Sequence record: SRR31156797_2353 | Reading direction: 5' to 3' (one strand) | DNA: 34,886 bases | In this document: piece by piece, positions 6,539-16,048 of the stretch | Position numbering within the stretch: the stretch's first letter is position 1 | Layout of the letters: each line of letters opens with the position of its first letter | Notes under the pieces: model-generated | The model's input: only the letters and a program-made list of their open reading frames with translations | The model's database searches: none | What the model was told of the DNA's origin: nothing | Program-made: the position numbers and the translations under genes

Positions 6539-9535
6539 ATGTTGTGTCGTATCGTCGTTGGACTGAAGCAAGGCGTCCGTGACGTGCTGGGCGAGCGAGT
6601 CGCCCGCAAGATCAAGAGTGAACTTGGCATGGACGTTAAAGACGTCCGCATCGTCAACGTTTTTACCCTTGAAGGGTTGTCGCAGGAGCAGGTTGACGTG
6701 GCTCTGGAGCGTGCGGCTCTGCATGATCCGGTTTTGCATGAAGTGGCGCTCAAGCCGCTGGCGCGTGATTTTGACTGGATCGTCGAGGTAGGGTTCCGGC
6801 CCGGTGTGACTGATAACGAAGGTCGTACTGCTCGGGAAACACTGGGTGTGGCCCTTGGGTTGGACAAGGAAGCTCTGGAAGGAGTCAAAGTCTATACCTC
6901 AAAGCAGTATCTCATATGCGCTGATATGAACGAGGCCGATATTCAGCATGTCTCCAAGGACCTGTTGGCCAACGAATTGATCCAGCGGTATGAGTACAAG
7001 TCCACGGGAACATGGAAGTCCGATCCCGGCTTCGAGGCCAAGGCTGCTCGCGTTACAGGGCAGGCTTCTGACGAAGTGGTCATTATCCCCTTGTCCACCA
7101 TGTCCGATCAGGAAATGACAGACTTTTCCCGTGCCAATACTTTGGCTTTGTCTCTGCGTGAGATGCATGACATCCGCAGTTACTACGCTGATCCTGCAGT
7201 CCGAACCGAGCGTGAGTCCATGGGCATGTCTGTGGACCCCACTGATGCAGAGATCGAAGTGCTGGCCCAGACATGGTCCGAGCACTGCAAACACAAAATT
7301 TTTAGCTCGAAGATCAGTTATGAGAATACTGAAACCGGTAAGACCATCGAGCTTTCCAGCCTGTATAAGACGTTTATTCAGGGTTCCACCAAACAGATTC
7401 GCGAGCGTAATGCTGCCACACGGGATGGTGGCGACTACTGCCTGTCTGTTTTCAAGGATAATGCAGGTGTCATTGGCTTTTCCGACACCATGAACGTGTG
7501 TGTGAAGATGGAGACGCATAACTCTCCCTCCGCCCTTGACCCTTACGGCGGAGCATTGACAGGCATCGTGGGTGTTAACCGTGATCCCATGGGTACAGGT
7601 ATTGGTGCGAACCTTCTGTGCAACACCGATGTGTTCTGTTTTGCCGATCCTTTTTATGAAGGTGAATTGCCGCCGAGATTGCTGCATCCCCGTCGTGTAT
7701 TCGAAGGCGTACGTGAAGGTGTGGAACATGGTGGTAACAAGTCCGGTATCCCCACGGTGAATGGTTCCATCGTGTTTGATGAGCGCTATCTCGGCAAGCC
7801 GTTGGTCTACTGCGGTACTATTGGCACCATGCCGGTGACAGTGGCAGGCAAGCCTTCTCACGAAAAATGCGCTTTGCCCGGCGATATCATTGTCATGTCA
7901 GGTGGCCGTATTGGGGCTGACGGTATTCACGGCGCAACGTTTTCCTCTGAAGAGCTGCACGAAGGAAGTCCGGCCACAGCCGTCCAGATTGGCGACCCTA
8001 TTACTCAGCGTAAGATGTATGATTTCCTTATGCGTGCCCGTGATCGCGGTCTGTATAACGCCATCACCGACAACGGTGCGGGTGGCTTGTCCTCCTCTGT
8101 GGGTGAGATGGCCGAGGATTCCGGCGGTTTTGATATGGACCTTGCCAAGGCCCCTCTCAAGTACGACGGATTGAAGCCTTGGGAAATTCTTATTTCCGAA
8201 GCGCAGGAACGCATGACCATGGCAGTCCCGCCTGAGAAGCTCGAAGAATTCATGGCCCTGTCCGTTGAGATGGACGTCGAATCCACGGCACTCGGCCACT
8301 ACACTGATTCCGGCAAGTATCTGGTGCGCTACGGTGATAAGATCGTTACCTGTCTGGATATGGAGTTTTTGCACAACGGTGTGCCGCAGATGGAGTTGAC
8401 TGCTATTTGGGAACGACCTGAATTTGCGAAAGATGAAGTTCCGGTTCCTGAGGATCAAAGCAGCTTGCTCAAGGATATGCTGGGCAGACTCAATATCTGC
8501 TCCAAGGAATACGTGGTCCGTCAGTATGATCATGAAGTCCAAGGCAAGTCCGCCGTCAAACCCATGGTGGGCGTCAAGGCTGATGGCCCGTCCGATGCCG
8601 GTGTAATCCGTCCTGAATTCGGCACGGATAAAGGATTGGTCGTCTCCCACGGTATTTGTCCGCAATTCTCTGACTATGATACCTATTGGATGATGGCCAA
8701 CGCCATTGATGAAGGTATTCGTAATGCCGTGGCAGTTGGTGGTGATGTCAATTACATGGCCGGTTGCGACAACTTCTGCTGGTGCGACCCTGTTCAATCC
8801 GAATCCACCCCTGACGGACATTACAAGTTGGCTCAGCTGGTGCGCGCCAATCAGGCTTTGGCTCATTACTGCCTTGGTTTCGGCGTCCCGTGTGTTTCCG
8901 GCAAGGACTCCATGAAGAACGATTACAAGGGCGGCGGCCAAAAGATTTCCATTCCACCGACCGTTCTGTTCTCTGTCATTGGTGTTATCCCGGACGTGAA
9001 CAAGTGCCTGACTTCGGATTTCAAGAAAGACGGCGACCTTGTGTACGTGCTCGGTCTGACTCGTCCAGAATTGGGTGGCAGTGAAGTTGCCCAGCAGCTT
9101 GGCTTCTCCAATCCTGATGTCCCTCAGGTCGATTTGGTCTCTGCCAAGGCACGGTACGAAGCCGTCTTTGCGGCGACTCAAAAAGATTTGATCACTGCCT
9201 GTCATGATTGTTCCGATGGTGGCCTGGGTGTGGCTCTGGCCGAGATGTGCATCGGTGGCCGTTTAGGGGCCGAAGTGGACTTGTCCAAGGTTCCCACCTG
9301 TGGTGACATGAATTTGACCAGCATTTTCTATTCAGAATCCGCCAGCCGTTTCGTGGTATCTGTGGACGGTGCAAACAAGGACGCTTTCGAAAAACAGTTC
9401 GCAGGCCAAATTGTTGCTTGTATAGGCAAAGTGACTGATGCCCCTCAACTTATTGTTGAATATGCCGATAATACGGTGTTGCGGGAAGAGGTTGACGCTT
9501 TGGCAGGGGCGTTCAAGGCAACATTGGACTGGTAG
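6539..9535 (+). CDS. purL: Phosphoribosylformylglycinamidine synthase PurL with an N-terminal PurS-like region and no glutaminase domain
   Basis: QTWSEHCKHK, DNAGV, KMETHNSPS..DPYGGA.TG, D.GAGGL, ISEAQERM, QYDHEV, SGKDS, HDCSDGGL. GAGGAG RBS before the ATG at 6539. Confidence 0.95.
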   Translation: MLCRIVVGLKQGVRDVLGERVARKIKSELGMDVKDVRIVNVFTLEGLSQEQVDVALERAALHDPVLHEVALKPLARDFDWIVEVGFRPGVTDNEGRTARETLGVALGLDKEALEGVKVYTSKQYLICADMNEADIQHVSKDLLANELIQRYEYKSTGTWKSDPGFEAKAARVTGQASDEVVIIPLSTMSDQEMTDFSRANTLALSLREMHDIRSYYADPAVRTERESMGMSVDPTDAEIEVLAQTWSEHCKHKIFSSKISYENTETGKTIELSSLYKTFIQGSTKQIRERNAATRDGGDYCLSVFKDNAGVIGFSDTMNVCVKMETHNSPSALDPYGGALTGIVGVNRDPMGTGIGANLLCNTDVFCFADPFYEGELPPRLLHPRRVFEGVREGVEHGGNKSGIPTVNGSIVFDERYLGKPLVYCGTIGTMPVTVAGKPSHEKCALPGDIIVMSGGRIGADGIHGATFSSEELHEGSPATAVQIGDPITQRKMYDFLMRARDRGLYNAITDNGAGGLSSSVGEMAEDSGGFDMDLAKAPLKYDGLKPWEILISEAQERMTMAVPPEKLEEFMALSVEMDVESTALGHYTDSGKYLVRYGDKIVTCLDMEFLHNGVPQMELTAIWERPEFAKDEVPVPEDQSSLLKDMLGRLNICSKEYVVRQYDHEVQGKSAVKPMVGVKADGPSDAGVIRPEFGTDKGLVVSHGICPQFSDYDTYWMMANAIDEGIRNAVAVGGDVNYMAGCDNFCWCDPVQSESTPDGHYKLAQLVRANQALAHYCLGFGVPCVSGKDSMKNDYKGGGQKISIPPTVLFSVIGVIPDVNKCLTSDFKKDGDLVYVLGLTRPELGGSEVAQQLGFSNPDVPQVDLVSAKARYEAVFAATQKDLITACHDCSDGGLGVALAEMCIGGRLGAEVDLSKVPTCGDMNLTSIFYSESASRFVVSVDGANKDAFEKQFAGQIVACIGKVTDAPQLIVEYADNTVLREEVDALAGAFKATLDW

Positions 9536-9653
9536 TAGCGAATCGATTTCAGCGAGTACTTTACCTGCTTGGAAAAACCATCTATGAAATACGGAATTAT
9601 ATCGGGAGGGTGATGGCTCTCCCGAGTGTTCTACACGTTACGGGGGTTGGTTC

Positions 9654-10139
9654 ATGTTGAAGAGAGCGGTTTGGTACAAAGGGAGCCTTATTCTCGTCGT
9701 GGCCGCCTTTGTCGTTACGGTCGCAATGGCGAGCGTTGGTCGGACGAACTCCGGTCAATACGTTGGTTCTGATGCGTGCGGCGAATGTCACGAAGAGGAA
9801 TATGGAAACTTTAAAAAATTTGCGAAAAAAGCCCATTCGGGCAAATCCGTAAAGATTATGTCTTCTGACCTGACTCAGGAGGAGCTTGCTGAATGTTATG
9901 CCTGCCATGTGACAGGATACGGCCAACCTGGTGGGTTTGTCAGTTTTGAACAGACACCGGGGTTGTCCGACTGTGGTTGCGAGGTCTGTCATGGACCTGG
10001 ATATGATCATGTGGAGTCGGGAGGGGACTCTGATTTGATCAAGGGCAGCCTGAGTATGGAAGATTGCACTTCTTGCCACAATCCTGAGAGGATTGACGCA
10101 TTTGACTTCAAGCCGCTGCTTTACGGCGGGGCGCACTAG
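9654..10139 (+). CDS. Periplasmic tetraheme cytochrome c (c554-like)
   Basis: N-terminal signal/anchor and four CxxCH motifs (CGECH, CYACH, CEVCH, CTSCH); YVGS..C..CH and CH.TG.G..GGF signatures. Confidence 0.9.
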   Translation: MLKRAVWYKGSLILVVAAFVVTVAMASVGRTNSGQYVGSDACGECHEEEYGNFKKFAKKAHSGKSVKIMSSDLTQEELAECYACHVTGYGQPGGFVSFEQTPGLSDCGCEVCHGPGYDHVESGGDSDLIKGSLSMEDCTSCHNPERIDAFDFKPLLYGGAH

Positions 10140-10147
10140 GGGGCGGT

Positions 10148-12166
10148 ATGAAATTTATCAGGAAATCCCTTGGCGTCAAAGTTATCTTGCTTTCATCCAT
10201 CTTGACGGTGGTCGCATTCGCAGGACTTTTTATCTATAATTCCATTTCTACAAGGGATCACACCCTTCATGAAGTTGAGTCAGCCGCTGAACGTGTGGCT
10301 GATATGCTGTATATTGCCATCGAAGATCCTATGGCCGTAGGAGATAACGAAGGCACCGAGATCAAGTTTGAGGATATGGCCGCACGGTACCCGGACACCA
10401 AAGTTTATATGACTGACTACAAGGGTGAGGTGACCTACGCCACCGAACATGGGGCGGAAAGAAAAGACATATTCAAGATTCGCCATGAAAACGGGCTTCC
10501 CGACCTCATTCGTAAAAGTTTGAAGGAAAAAATTGTTGCGGGTGAACTCATGAATATCGACGGCAAATTACATTTTGCCGAAGTGAAATCCATTGAGAAT
10601 AGCGCTGAGTGTTACCACTGTCATGGCAGGAGTCGGAAAATTCTTGGTTCCATGGTCGTGGCCATTGATGTCAGCCCACAGTTCAATGCCCTTAAAGACA
10701 ATCAATTCAAATCCGCAGCGATTTCTGTTTTTGGTGTGATAGCCTTATTGGCCGCATTGATCATTTTTATGCGTCGGGCAATTGTTAACCGCATCACGAA
10801 TATCGCAGCCACTACAGAAGAAGTGAGCAAGGGCAATCTTGATGCCAAGTTCACAGTCACAGGAAGTGATGAACTTGGTTCACTGTCGCGGTATCTTGGA
10901 GAGATGGTCGATCAGATCAGGGATCAACTCCAGTACAATCAGAGTGTACTCGATGGTATCGTAGTCCCGCTTTTCGTGTCGGATAAGGACTTGCGTCTTC
11001 AGTTTATTAATCCGCCTCTGCGGACAATTCTTGGTCTCTCTGAAGATGAGGTTAAGGGACGTTTTGTTTCCGATATCTTTGTCTGTGATTCCGAGAATGA
11101 AGCCACCTGTAATGCGGCTGATGTCATCGGCTTGGGTGAGCCCGTTACCGGTCGGTTCGTCTATCAGCGCAATGACGGTGTAGATTTCCCACTTCTGTTT
11201 GAGGCATCTCCTCTCAAGGACGCGGAAGGCAAGGCTGTAGGCGTTATTTGTGTGCTTATTGATCTGACTCGAGAAGAAGAAGACAAGAAGAACATAGATC
11301 TGCAACGACAGAATCTGTTGGTGGTCGCCAACGAGGTTACCGAAGTCGCCAACAGGCTTAACGAGGCTTCTGACGCATTGTCTGATCATATGCGCGAATT
11401 AGCTCGCGGTGTGGATACAACGGCAGATCAGACCAGTCAGGTCGCAACGGCTATGGAAGAAATGAATGCCACTGTTCTGGAAGTGGCGAGAAATGCTTCC
11501 GAGACTGCTGAGGCTTCTAATCGGGCTAATAAAGTGGCCGCTGATGGTGGCACCGTGGTTGGCGAAACCGTGGTCGAAATCAACACCGTGGCTGATATTA
11601 CCGAGAATCTGGCTGTAGCCTTGGGTTCCCTGTCCAGTCGTGCTGAGAATATCGGCAAGGTAATGGCTGTTATTAATGATATAGCTGATCAGACCAACCT
11701 GTTGGCTCTGAATGCAGCCATTGAGGCTGCTCGAGCCGGTGAGGCTGGTCGCGGTTTTGCGGTTGTTGCCGATGAAGTCAGAAAATTGGCAGAGAAAACC
11801 ATGGATGCCACCAAGGAAGTAGAAGGCGCCATTTCCCTTATCCAGCAATCCACGGCAGATGTCGTCAAGGAGATGGACAGTGCCAAGGAGCGAGTGCTCA
11901 ACACGTCTGGCATGGCCCAGAAGGCTGGCGGTGTACTCGATGAAATCGTGCAGCATTCCAATTCCATAGCGGACAGGGTCAATGGGATCGCGGCGGCGGC
12001 AGAACAACAATCTTCAACATCCGATGAAATTAATACTCGAGTGACGCAGATTAATGATTTGTCGCAGGAAGTCCTTTCCGGCATCCAGGAATCCAATCGT
12101 GGTATTTTGGAAGTTTCGGAAATGGCACAGAACCTTTCGGAGCTTGTGGCTAAGTTCCGTAATTAA
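10148..12166 (+). CDS. Methyl-accepting chemotaxis protein with periplasmic heme-c motif, HAMP and PAS domains (DcrA-like)
   Basis: TM1, periplasmic CYHCH, TM2, HAMP (DELG.L), PAS-like segment, MCP signature [38 protein letters not shown]. Confidence 0.93.
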   Translation: MKFIRKSLGVKVILLSSILTVVAFAGLFIYNSISTRDHTLHEVESAAERVADMLYIAIEDPMAVGDNEGTEIKFEDMAARYPDTKVYMTDYKGEVTYATEHGAERKDIFKIRHENGLPDLIRKSLKEKIVAGELMNIDGKLHFAEVKSIENSAECYHCHGRSRKILGSMVVAIDVSPQFNALKDNQFKSAAISVFGVIALLAALIIFMRRAIVNRITNIAATTEEVSKGNLDAKFTVTGSDELGSLSRYLGEMVDQIRDQLQYNQSVLDGIVVPLFVSDKDLRLQFINPPLRTILGLSEDEVKGRFVSDIFVCDSENEATCNAADVIGLGEPVTGRFVYQRNDGVDFPLLFEASPLKDAEGKAVGVICVLIDLTREEEDKKNIDLQRQNLLVVANEVTEVANRLNEASDALSDHMRELARGVDTTADQTSQVATAMEEMNATVLEVARNASETAEASNRANKVAADGGTVVGETVVEINTVADITENLAVALGSLSSRAENIGKVMAVINDIADQTNLLALNAAIEAARAGEAGRGFAVVADEVRKLAEKTMDATKEVEGAISLIQQSTADVVKEMDSAKERVLNTSGMAQKAGGVLDEIVQHSNSIADRVNGIAAAAEQQSSTSDEINTRVTQINDLSQEVLSGIQESNRGILEVSEMAQNLSELVAKFRN

Positions 12167-12188
12167 AGACATCCTGAATACAATGAAT

Positions 12189-12219
12189 AGAGGCCCGACA
12201 ATTGTCGGGCCTCTTTTTT
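12189..12219 (+). terminator. Rho-independent terminator after the MCP
   Basis: Perfect palindrome AGAGGCCCGACAATTGTCGGGCCTCT followed by a T-run. Confidence 0.85.
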
Positions 12220-12345
12220 GCGTTAATATCAAAGGGGGAATTCCTTTTTAGAACGAAAAGTCCGCAAAATGGCAGGCTTCAGGCATTTGCACGAAATCAA
12301 ATTCTACGTTAGGGGGAAATGTTACAAAATGACAGATGATTCATC

Positions 12346-12384
12346 TTGACAATTGCCATTACTGTTAATAGTAATTGTTATTAA
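12346..12384 (+). promoter_or_regulatory. perR promoter with an overlapping PerR-box-like palindrome
   Basis: TTGACA (12346-12351)-N17-TAGTAA; palindrome TTAATAGTAATTGTTATTAA (12365-12384) covers the -10. Confidence 0.7.
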
Positions 12385-12403
12385 ATAAATCGGAGGATTC
12401 TCC

Positions 12404-12802
12404 ATGGCGCATGAAATGGGTTTTCGCCTTTCCAAACAACGGAAAGTGATATTGGAAGAATTGCAGAAGGTGACATGTCACCCCACTGCAGATGAAGTGT
12501 ATGATATGGTTCGCAAGATTATTCCCCGTATCAGCCTTGGTACGGTGTACAGAAATCTTGAATTTCTTTCGTCTCAGGGATTGATTCTCAAGCTGGGTGG
12601 CCCTGGTGAACAGAAAAGATTTGATGGTACCGCAGAGCCTCATCCCCATATCAGATGTGAGATTTGTACCGCTGTTGCTGATGTTGATTGCGATATTGTT
12701 ATTCCGCAATTGCCTGAAGAGCATGCTGCGGGATATAAAATTTTGAATACCAATGTAGAATTCGTGGGCATTTGCCCAAAGTGTCAAAAAGAACAACAGT
12801 AG
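12404..12802 (+). CDS. perR: Peroxide-responsive Fur-family repressor PerR
   Basis: R.SKQR..IL, HPTADEVY, SLGTVYRNL, RFDG...H.H..CxxC and a C-terminal CxxC; lies upstream of rubrerythrin; GGAGG RBS. Confidence 0.88.
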   Translation: MAHEMGFRLSKQRKVILEELQKVTCHPTADEVYDMVRKIIPRISLGTVYRNLEFLSSQGLILKLGGPGEQKRFDGTAEPHPHIRCEICTAVADVDCDIVIPQLPEEHAAGYKILNTNVEFVGICPKCQKEQQ

Positions 12803-12838
12803 ATATGAATTCATGACACACTACTCTTTTGAGTAGTT

Positions 12839-12872
12839 ACGAGCCAGACAGGGAGTCCCTTGTCTGGCTCGT
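12839..12872 (+). terminator. Long stem-loop after perR (probable terminator or mRNA stabiliser)
   Basis: ACGAGCCAGACA...TGTCTGGCTCGT inverted repeat; T-rich tract about 16 nt downstream. Confidence 0.55.
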
Positions 12873-12917
12873 GTCGTTCATGAGCATGTTTTTTTTATCT
12901 TTTTTTTGACAAGGAAC

Positions 12918-12960
12918 TTGACAGCATAAAAAATCTTAATTAGGAATAATTCCTAGTTAA
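12918..12960 (+). promoter_or_regulatory. rbr operon promoter with a PerR-box-like palindrome
   Basis: TTGACA (12918-12923)-N17-TAGGAA; near-perfect palindrome TTAATTAGGAAT-A-ATTCCTAGTTAA (12936-12960) in the same register as at perR. Confidence 0.75.
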
Positions 12961-13113
12961 CAAGTCGTTTCGAATACAGTTGTTTACTCGATACATAATC
13001 GTGGTTTTGGTGAGACAAAATAATACGACAATGACAGATATTTGGTGTATTGAACTAATGAAAATTCACTTATCAGCATCAACCCGACATCAAACCGGGT
13101 AGGAGGAGCTTCA

Positions 13114-13686
13114 ATGTCACTCAAAGGTACACAGACTGAGAAAAATATTTTGACTGCCTTTATTGGTGAGTCTCAAGCCCGTAATAAATATACCTATTTT
13201 GCTAGCGTGGCGAAAAAGGAAGGATACGTACAGATATTTAATATTTTTACGGAAACAGCCAACCATGAAAAGGAACATGCTAAACGTTTGTTCAAATTCC
13301 TTGAAGGTGGCGACGCTGAAATTACCGCAACCTTTCCTGCTGGAAAGATCGGTACCACGTTAGAAAATTTGTATGCAGCGGCTGCCGGAGAAAAAGAAGA
13401 ACACGAGTGTATGTATCCTGATTTTGCCAAGATCGCACGGGATGAAGGGTTTACTGAAATCGCCTGCGTTATGGAAAATATCGCTATTGCAGAGGCGTAT
13501 CATGAGGAACGCTATAAATCTTTGATTGCGAATATCGAGGCTGGCAAAGTTTTCAAAAAGGACACCGAAATTACGTGGCGATGTCAAAACTGTGGTTACA
13601 ACCATACGGGTACGACGGCTCCTGCCAAATGTCCGGCCTGCGACCATCCTCAGGCGCATTTCGAAATGAAAGATACAAACTGGTAA
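13114..13686 (+). CDS. rbr: Rubrerythrin
   Basis: TEKN.L.AF.GESQARNKY, two ExxH di-iron motifs (EKEHA, EAYHE), C-terminal rubredoxin-like CQNC...CPAC; AGGAGG RBS. Confidence 0.96.
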   Translation: MSLKGTQTEKNILTAFIGESQARNKYTYFASVAKKEGYVQIFNIFTETANHEKEHAKRLFKFLEGGDAEITATFPAGKIGTTLENLYAAAAGEKEEHECMYPDFAKIARDEGFTEIACVMENIAIAEAYHEERYKSLIANIEAGKVFKKDTEITWRCQNCGYNHTGTTAPAKCPACDHPQAHFEMKDTNW

Positions 13687-13712
13687 ACCATATACTTTAA
13701 GGAGATTGAGAC

Positions 13713-14096
13713 ATGGGAATCAAAATGGGTGAAATTTACAAGTGTGAAGCCTGTGGCAACATCGTTTTGGCTATTCATGAAGGTGCTGGTGATCTTGTTT
13801 GTTGTGGTCAGGACATGGTCCTCATGGCCGAGAATACCGTCGATGCTGCTGTCGAAAAGCATGTACCTGTTATGACCAAGGACGGCGACAAGATTACCGT
13901 CAAAGTGGGTGACGTGGCACATCCCATGGAAGAGAAACATTACATCGAGTGGATCGAAGTCATGGTTGGTGACACTTGTTTCGTTAAGATGCTCAAGGCC
14001 GGCGATGCTCCTGAAGCCGAATTCTGTGCTTGCGGTCTGTCTGGTGACATATCCGTCAGAGCATACTGCAACTTGCATGGCCTTTGGGCTGCGTAG
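13713..14096 (+). CDS. dfx: Desulfoferrodoxin (2Fe superoxide reductase)
   Basis: Center I YKCEACGN...CCG; center II EKHVP, HPM...HYI.WI, CNLHG. Confidence 0.95.
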   Translation: MGIKMGEIYKCEACGNIVLAIHEGAGDLVCCGQDMVLMAENTVDAAVEKHVPVMTKDGDKITVKVGDVAHPMEEKHYIEWIEVMVGDTCFVKMLKAGDAPEAEFCACGLSGDISVRAYCNLHGLWAA

Positions 14097-14154
14097 TTTG
14101 ACGAAGAGAGTGGGACGTTTGTACTACTCTGATGTTTGAAAAAGTATTCTGTAC

Positions 14155-14181
14155 GGGCGGACCTTGAGGTCCGCCCATTTT
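14155..14181 (+). terminator. Intra-operon hairpin between dfx and the rubredoxin gene
   Basis: GGGCGGACCT-TG-AGGTCCGCCC followed by ATTTT. Confidence 0.55.
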
Positions 14182-14205
14182 CCTCTAAATTTCAGTGGAG
14201 CAGCC

Positions 14206-14655
14206 ATGGCAAATCCGGAAGAAATGTATCAGTGCCAGACCGTGAACTGCGGGTATATATACAATCCAGATAAGGGTGACCGCAGGGGGAAGATTCCCAA
14301 AGGGACTCTTTTTAAAGACATTCCGGATGAGTGGAGATGCCCTATCTGTGGTGGTACCAAGAATTGTTTCCGTCCTCTTATGGGACCTGGGTCAACCAAG
14401 GCTGATTGCGAATTGCCGGTTGAAACAGATCCGGATAAGTTGACAGCAGCGGCGGTGACTGCGAATATGCCTGATCAAAAGGAGAATGGACTCATGCAGA
14501 AATATGTGTGCGAGATTTGTGGCTATGTGTATGACCCTGAACAGGGTGACCCAGATTCCGACATTCCGGCTGGTACCAGTTTTGATGACCTTCCTGAAGA
14601 CTGGTTGTGCCCCATCTGCGGTGCTCCCAAGGACAACTTTGTCCTGGAAGATTAA
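14206..14655 (+). CDS. Two-domain rubredoxin (Rdl-type C-x4-C domain fused to a classical rubredoxin)
   Basis: Domain 1 [10 protein letters not shown]...W.CPICG; domain 2 [18 protein letters not shown]...IP.GT.F.DLP.DW.CPICGA.K. No stop between them; GGAG RBS before 14206. Confidence 0.9.
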   Translation: MANPEEMYQCQTVNCGYIYNPDKGDRRGKIPKGTLFKDIPDEWRCPICGGTKNCFRPLMGPGSTKADCELPVETDPDKLTAAAVTANMPDQKENGLMQKYVCEICGYVYDPEQGDPDSDIPAGTSFDDLPEDWLCPICGAPKDNFVLED

Positions 14656-14680
14656 ATTTTCGCCTGAAATATTCGGGCCT

Positions 14681-14711
14681 GAGACGCGTGCTGTTGCTCG
14701 CGTCTCTTTTT
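14681..14711 (+). terminator. Terminator-like hairpin between rubredoxin and the flavodiiron gene
   Basis: GAGACGCG...CGCGTCTC followed by TTTTT. Confidence 0.6.
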
Positions 14712-14750
14712 GCCATAACGATTGATTGACTGTTCAATGTGGAGAGAGAA

Positions 14751-15950
14751 ATGAAACCTGTTGAAATTAAGAATGATATTTTCTGGATTGGTTCGGTTGA
14801 TTGGAACCGCCGGAATTTTCATGGCTATTCCAATTCCCCGATGGGAACTACGTACAACAATTTTTTGATCATGGACGAGAATGTGACCTTGGTCGACACT
14901 GTGGCGGAAGAGTTCTGGGGTACCCTCCAGTGCAATATCGCGCAGGTGTTGGGTGACCGCAAAATCGACTATTTTGTTATTAACCATCTTGAACCGGATC
15001 ACGCTGGCTGTCTGGCGTTGGCTATCGAAAAATACAAGCCTAAGAAAGTGTACACTTCCCCTATGGGGCAGAAGGCCATGATGGCCCATTTCCATTATAA
15101 GGATTGGCCTGTTGAAGTTGTGCCCACCGGGACTGAGATTTGTATCGGAAAGCGGCACCTCTCGTTTATCGAAACCCGTATGTTGCACTGGCCTGATTCC
15201 ATGCTGACCTACTGCCCGGAAGAGAAAATTGCATTTACCAATGACGCTTTTGGACAGAACTGGGCCACTTCAGAACGTTTTGCTGATGAAGTAGATCGTT
15301 ATAAGCTGGAAGAGCTGATGCGTTTCTATTACGCGAATATCGTGTTGCCATACTCCCCGGTCGTTCTTAAGACTATGAATCTCTTGAAAGAGATGAATCT
15401 TGAGCTGGACATGCTTTGTCCTGATCATGGTCTCATGTTCCGTGGTGAAGATTGTCAATGGGCCATGGAAAAGTACGTGGAATACGCGGAGCAGAAGCCC
15501 AAGAAGAAGGCTGTCATTGTGTATGATTCCATGTGGCATTCCACTGAGAAAATGGCTACAGCCGTGGCGACCGCTTTGGTTGATGAAGGCGTGTCCGTGC
15601 GTCTCATGTCCATGAAGAACAATCATCATTCCGAAGTCATGCATGAAGTCTTTGATTCCGCTGCCGTGATTGTTGGTTCCCCGACACACAATAATGGCAT
15701 TTTGCCGCTCATGTCCGACATGATGACCTATATGAAGGGATTGCGTCCGCAAAACAAGATCGGTTCGGCCATCGGTTCCTTTGGCTGGTCCGGTGAGTGC
15801 GTCAAGGTCCTGACCCAGTGGCTGAATGACATGAACATGGAAGTCATTGATCCGGTCAAGATCAAGTTTGTGCCTGATCATGATTCTTTGTCCAAGTGCT
15901 ACGAGCAGGGTAAAGCCATCGCTGCCGCCATTAAGGCAAAATGCGATTAA
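14751..15950 (+). CDS. roo: Flavodiiron protein, FprA family (rubredoxin:oxygen oxidoreductase)
   Basis: FHGY...GTTYN, NHLEPDHAG, HWPDSM, NDAFG, PDHG, then flavodoxin domain YDSMWHST, GSPT.N, GSFGWSG. Confidence 0.93.
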   Translation: MKPVEIKNDIFWIGSVDWNRRNFHGYSNSPMGTTYNNFLIMDENVTLVDTVAEEFWGTLQCNIAQVLGDRKIDYFVINHLEPDHAGCLALAIEKYKPKKVYTSPMGQKAMMAHFHYKDWPVEVVPTGTEICIGKRHLSFIETRMLHWPDSMLTYCPEEKIAFTNDAFGQNWATSERFADEVDRYKLEELMRFYYANIVLPYSPVVLKTMNLLKEMNLELDMLCPDHGLMFRGEDCQWAMEKYVEYAEQKPKKKAVIVYDSMWHSTEKMATAVATALVDEGVSVRLMSMKNNHHSEVMHEVFDSAAVIVGSPTHNNGILPLMSDMMTYMKGLRPQNKIGSAIGSFGWSGECVKVLTQWLNDMNMEVIDPVKIKFVPDHDSLSKCYEQGKAIAAAIKAKCD

Positions 15951-16013
15951 GTTTTTCCTTGTGACGTTTTTTAGCGTCACACAAATAGCGTATAGTTATT
16001 TGGGAGAATAAAT

Positions 16014-16048
16014 AAAAAAGTCCGTCCTCTTAGAGGGCGGACTTTTTT
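16014..16048. terminator. Bidirectional terminator between roo and the convergent yaiI-like gene
   Basis: A6-GTCCGTCCTC..GAGGGCGGAC-T6. Confidence 0.8.

Noticed and set aside
7898..9205. 435-aa minus-strand ORF (also 6899-7861 and 6011-6739)
   Set aside because: Antisense shadows of purL and ispB, expected from codon bias; no RBS or recognisable motifs.
12270..12285. GG-N10-GC (TGGCAGGCTTCAGGCA) upstream of perR as a sigma54 promoter
   Set aside because: Poor -12 element (AGGC rather than TTGC), and a better sigma70 promoter lies closer to the gene.
13031..13102. 23-codon ORF in the rbr leader (MTDIWCIELMK...)
   Set aside because: No SD, not at the predicted TSS, and of a length expected by chance.
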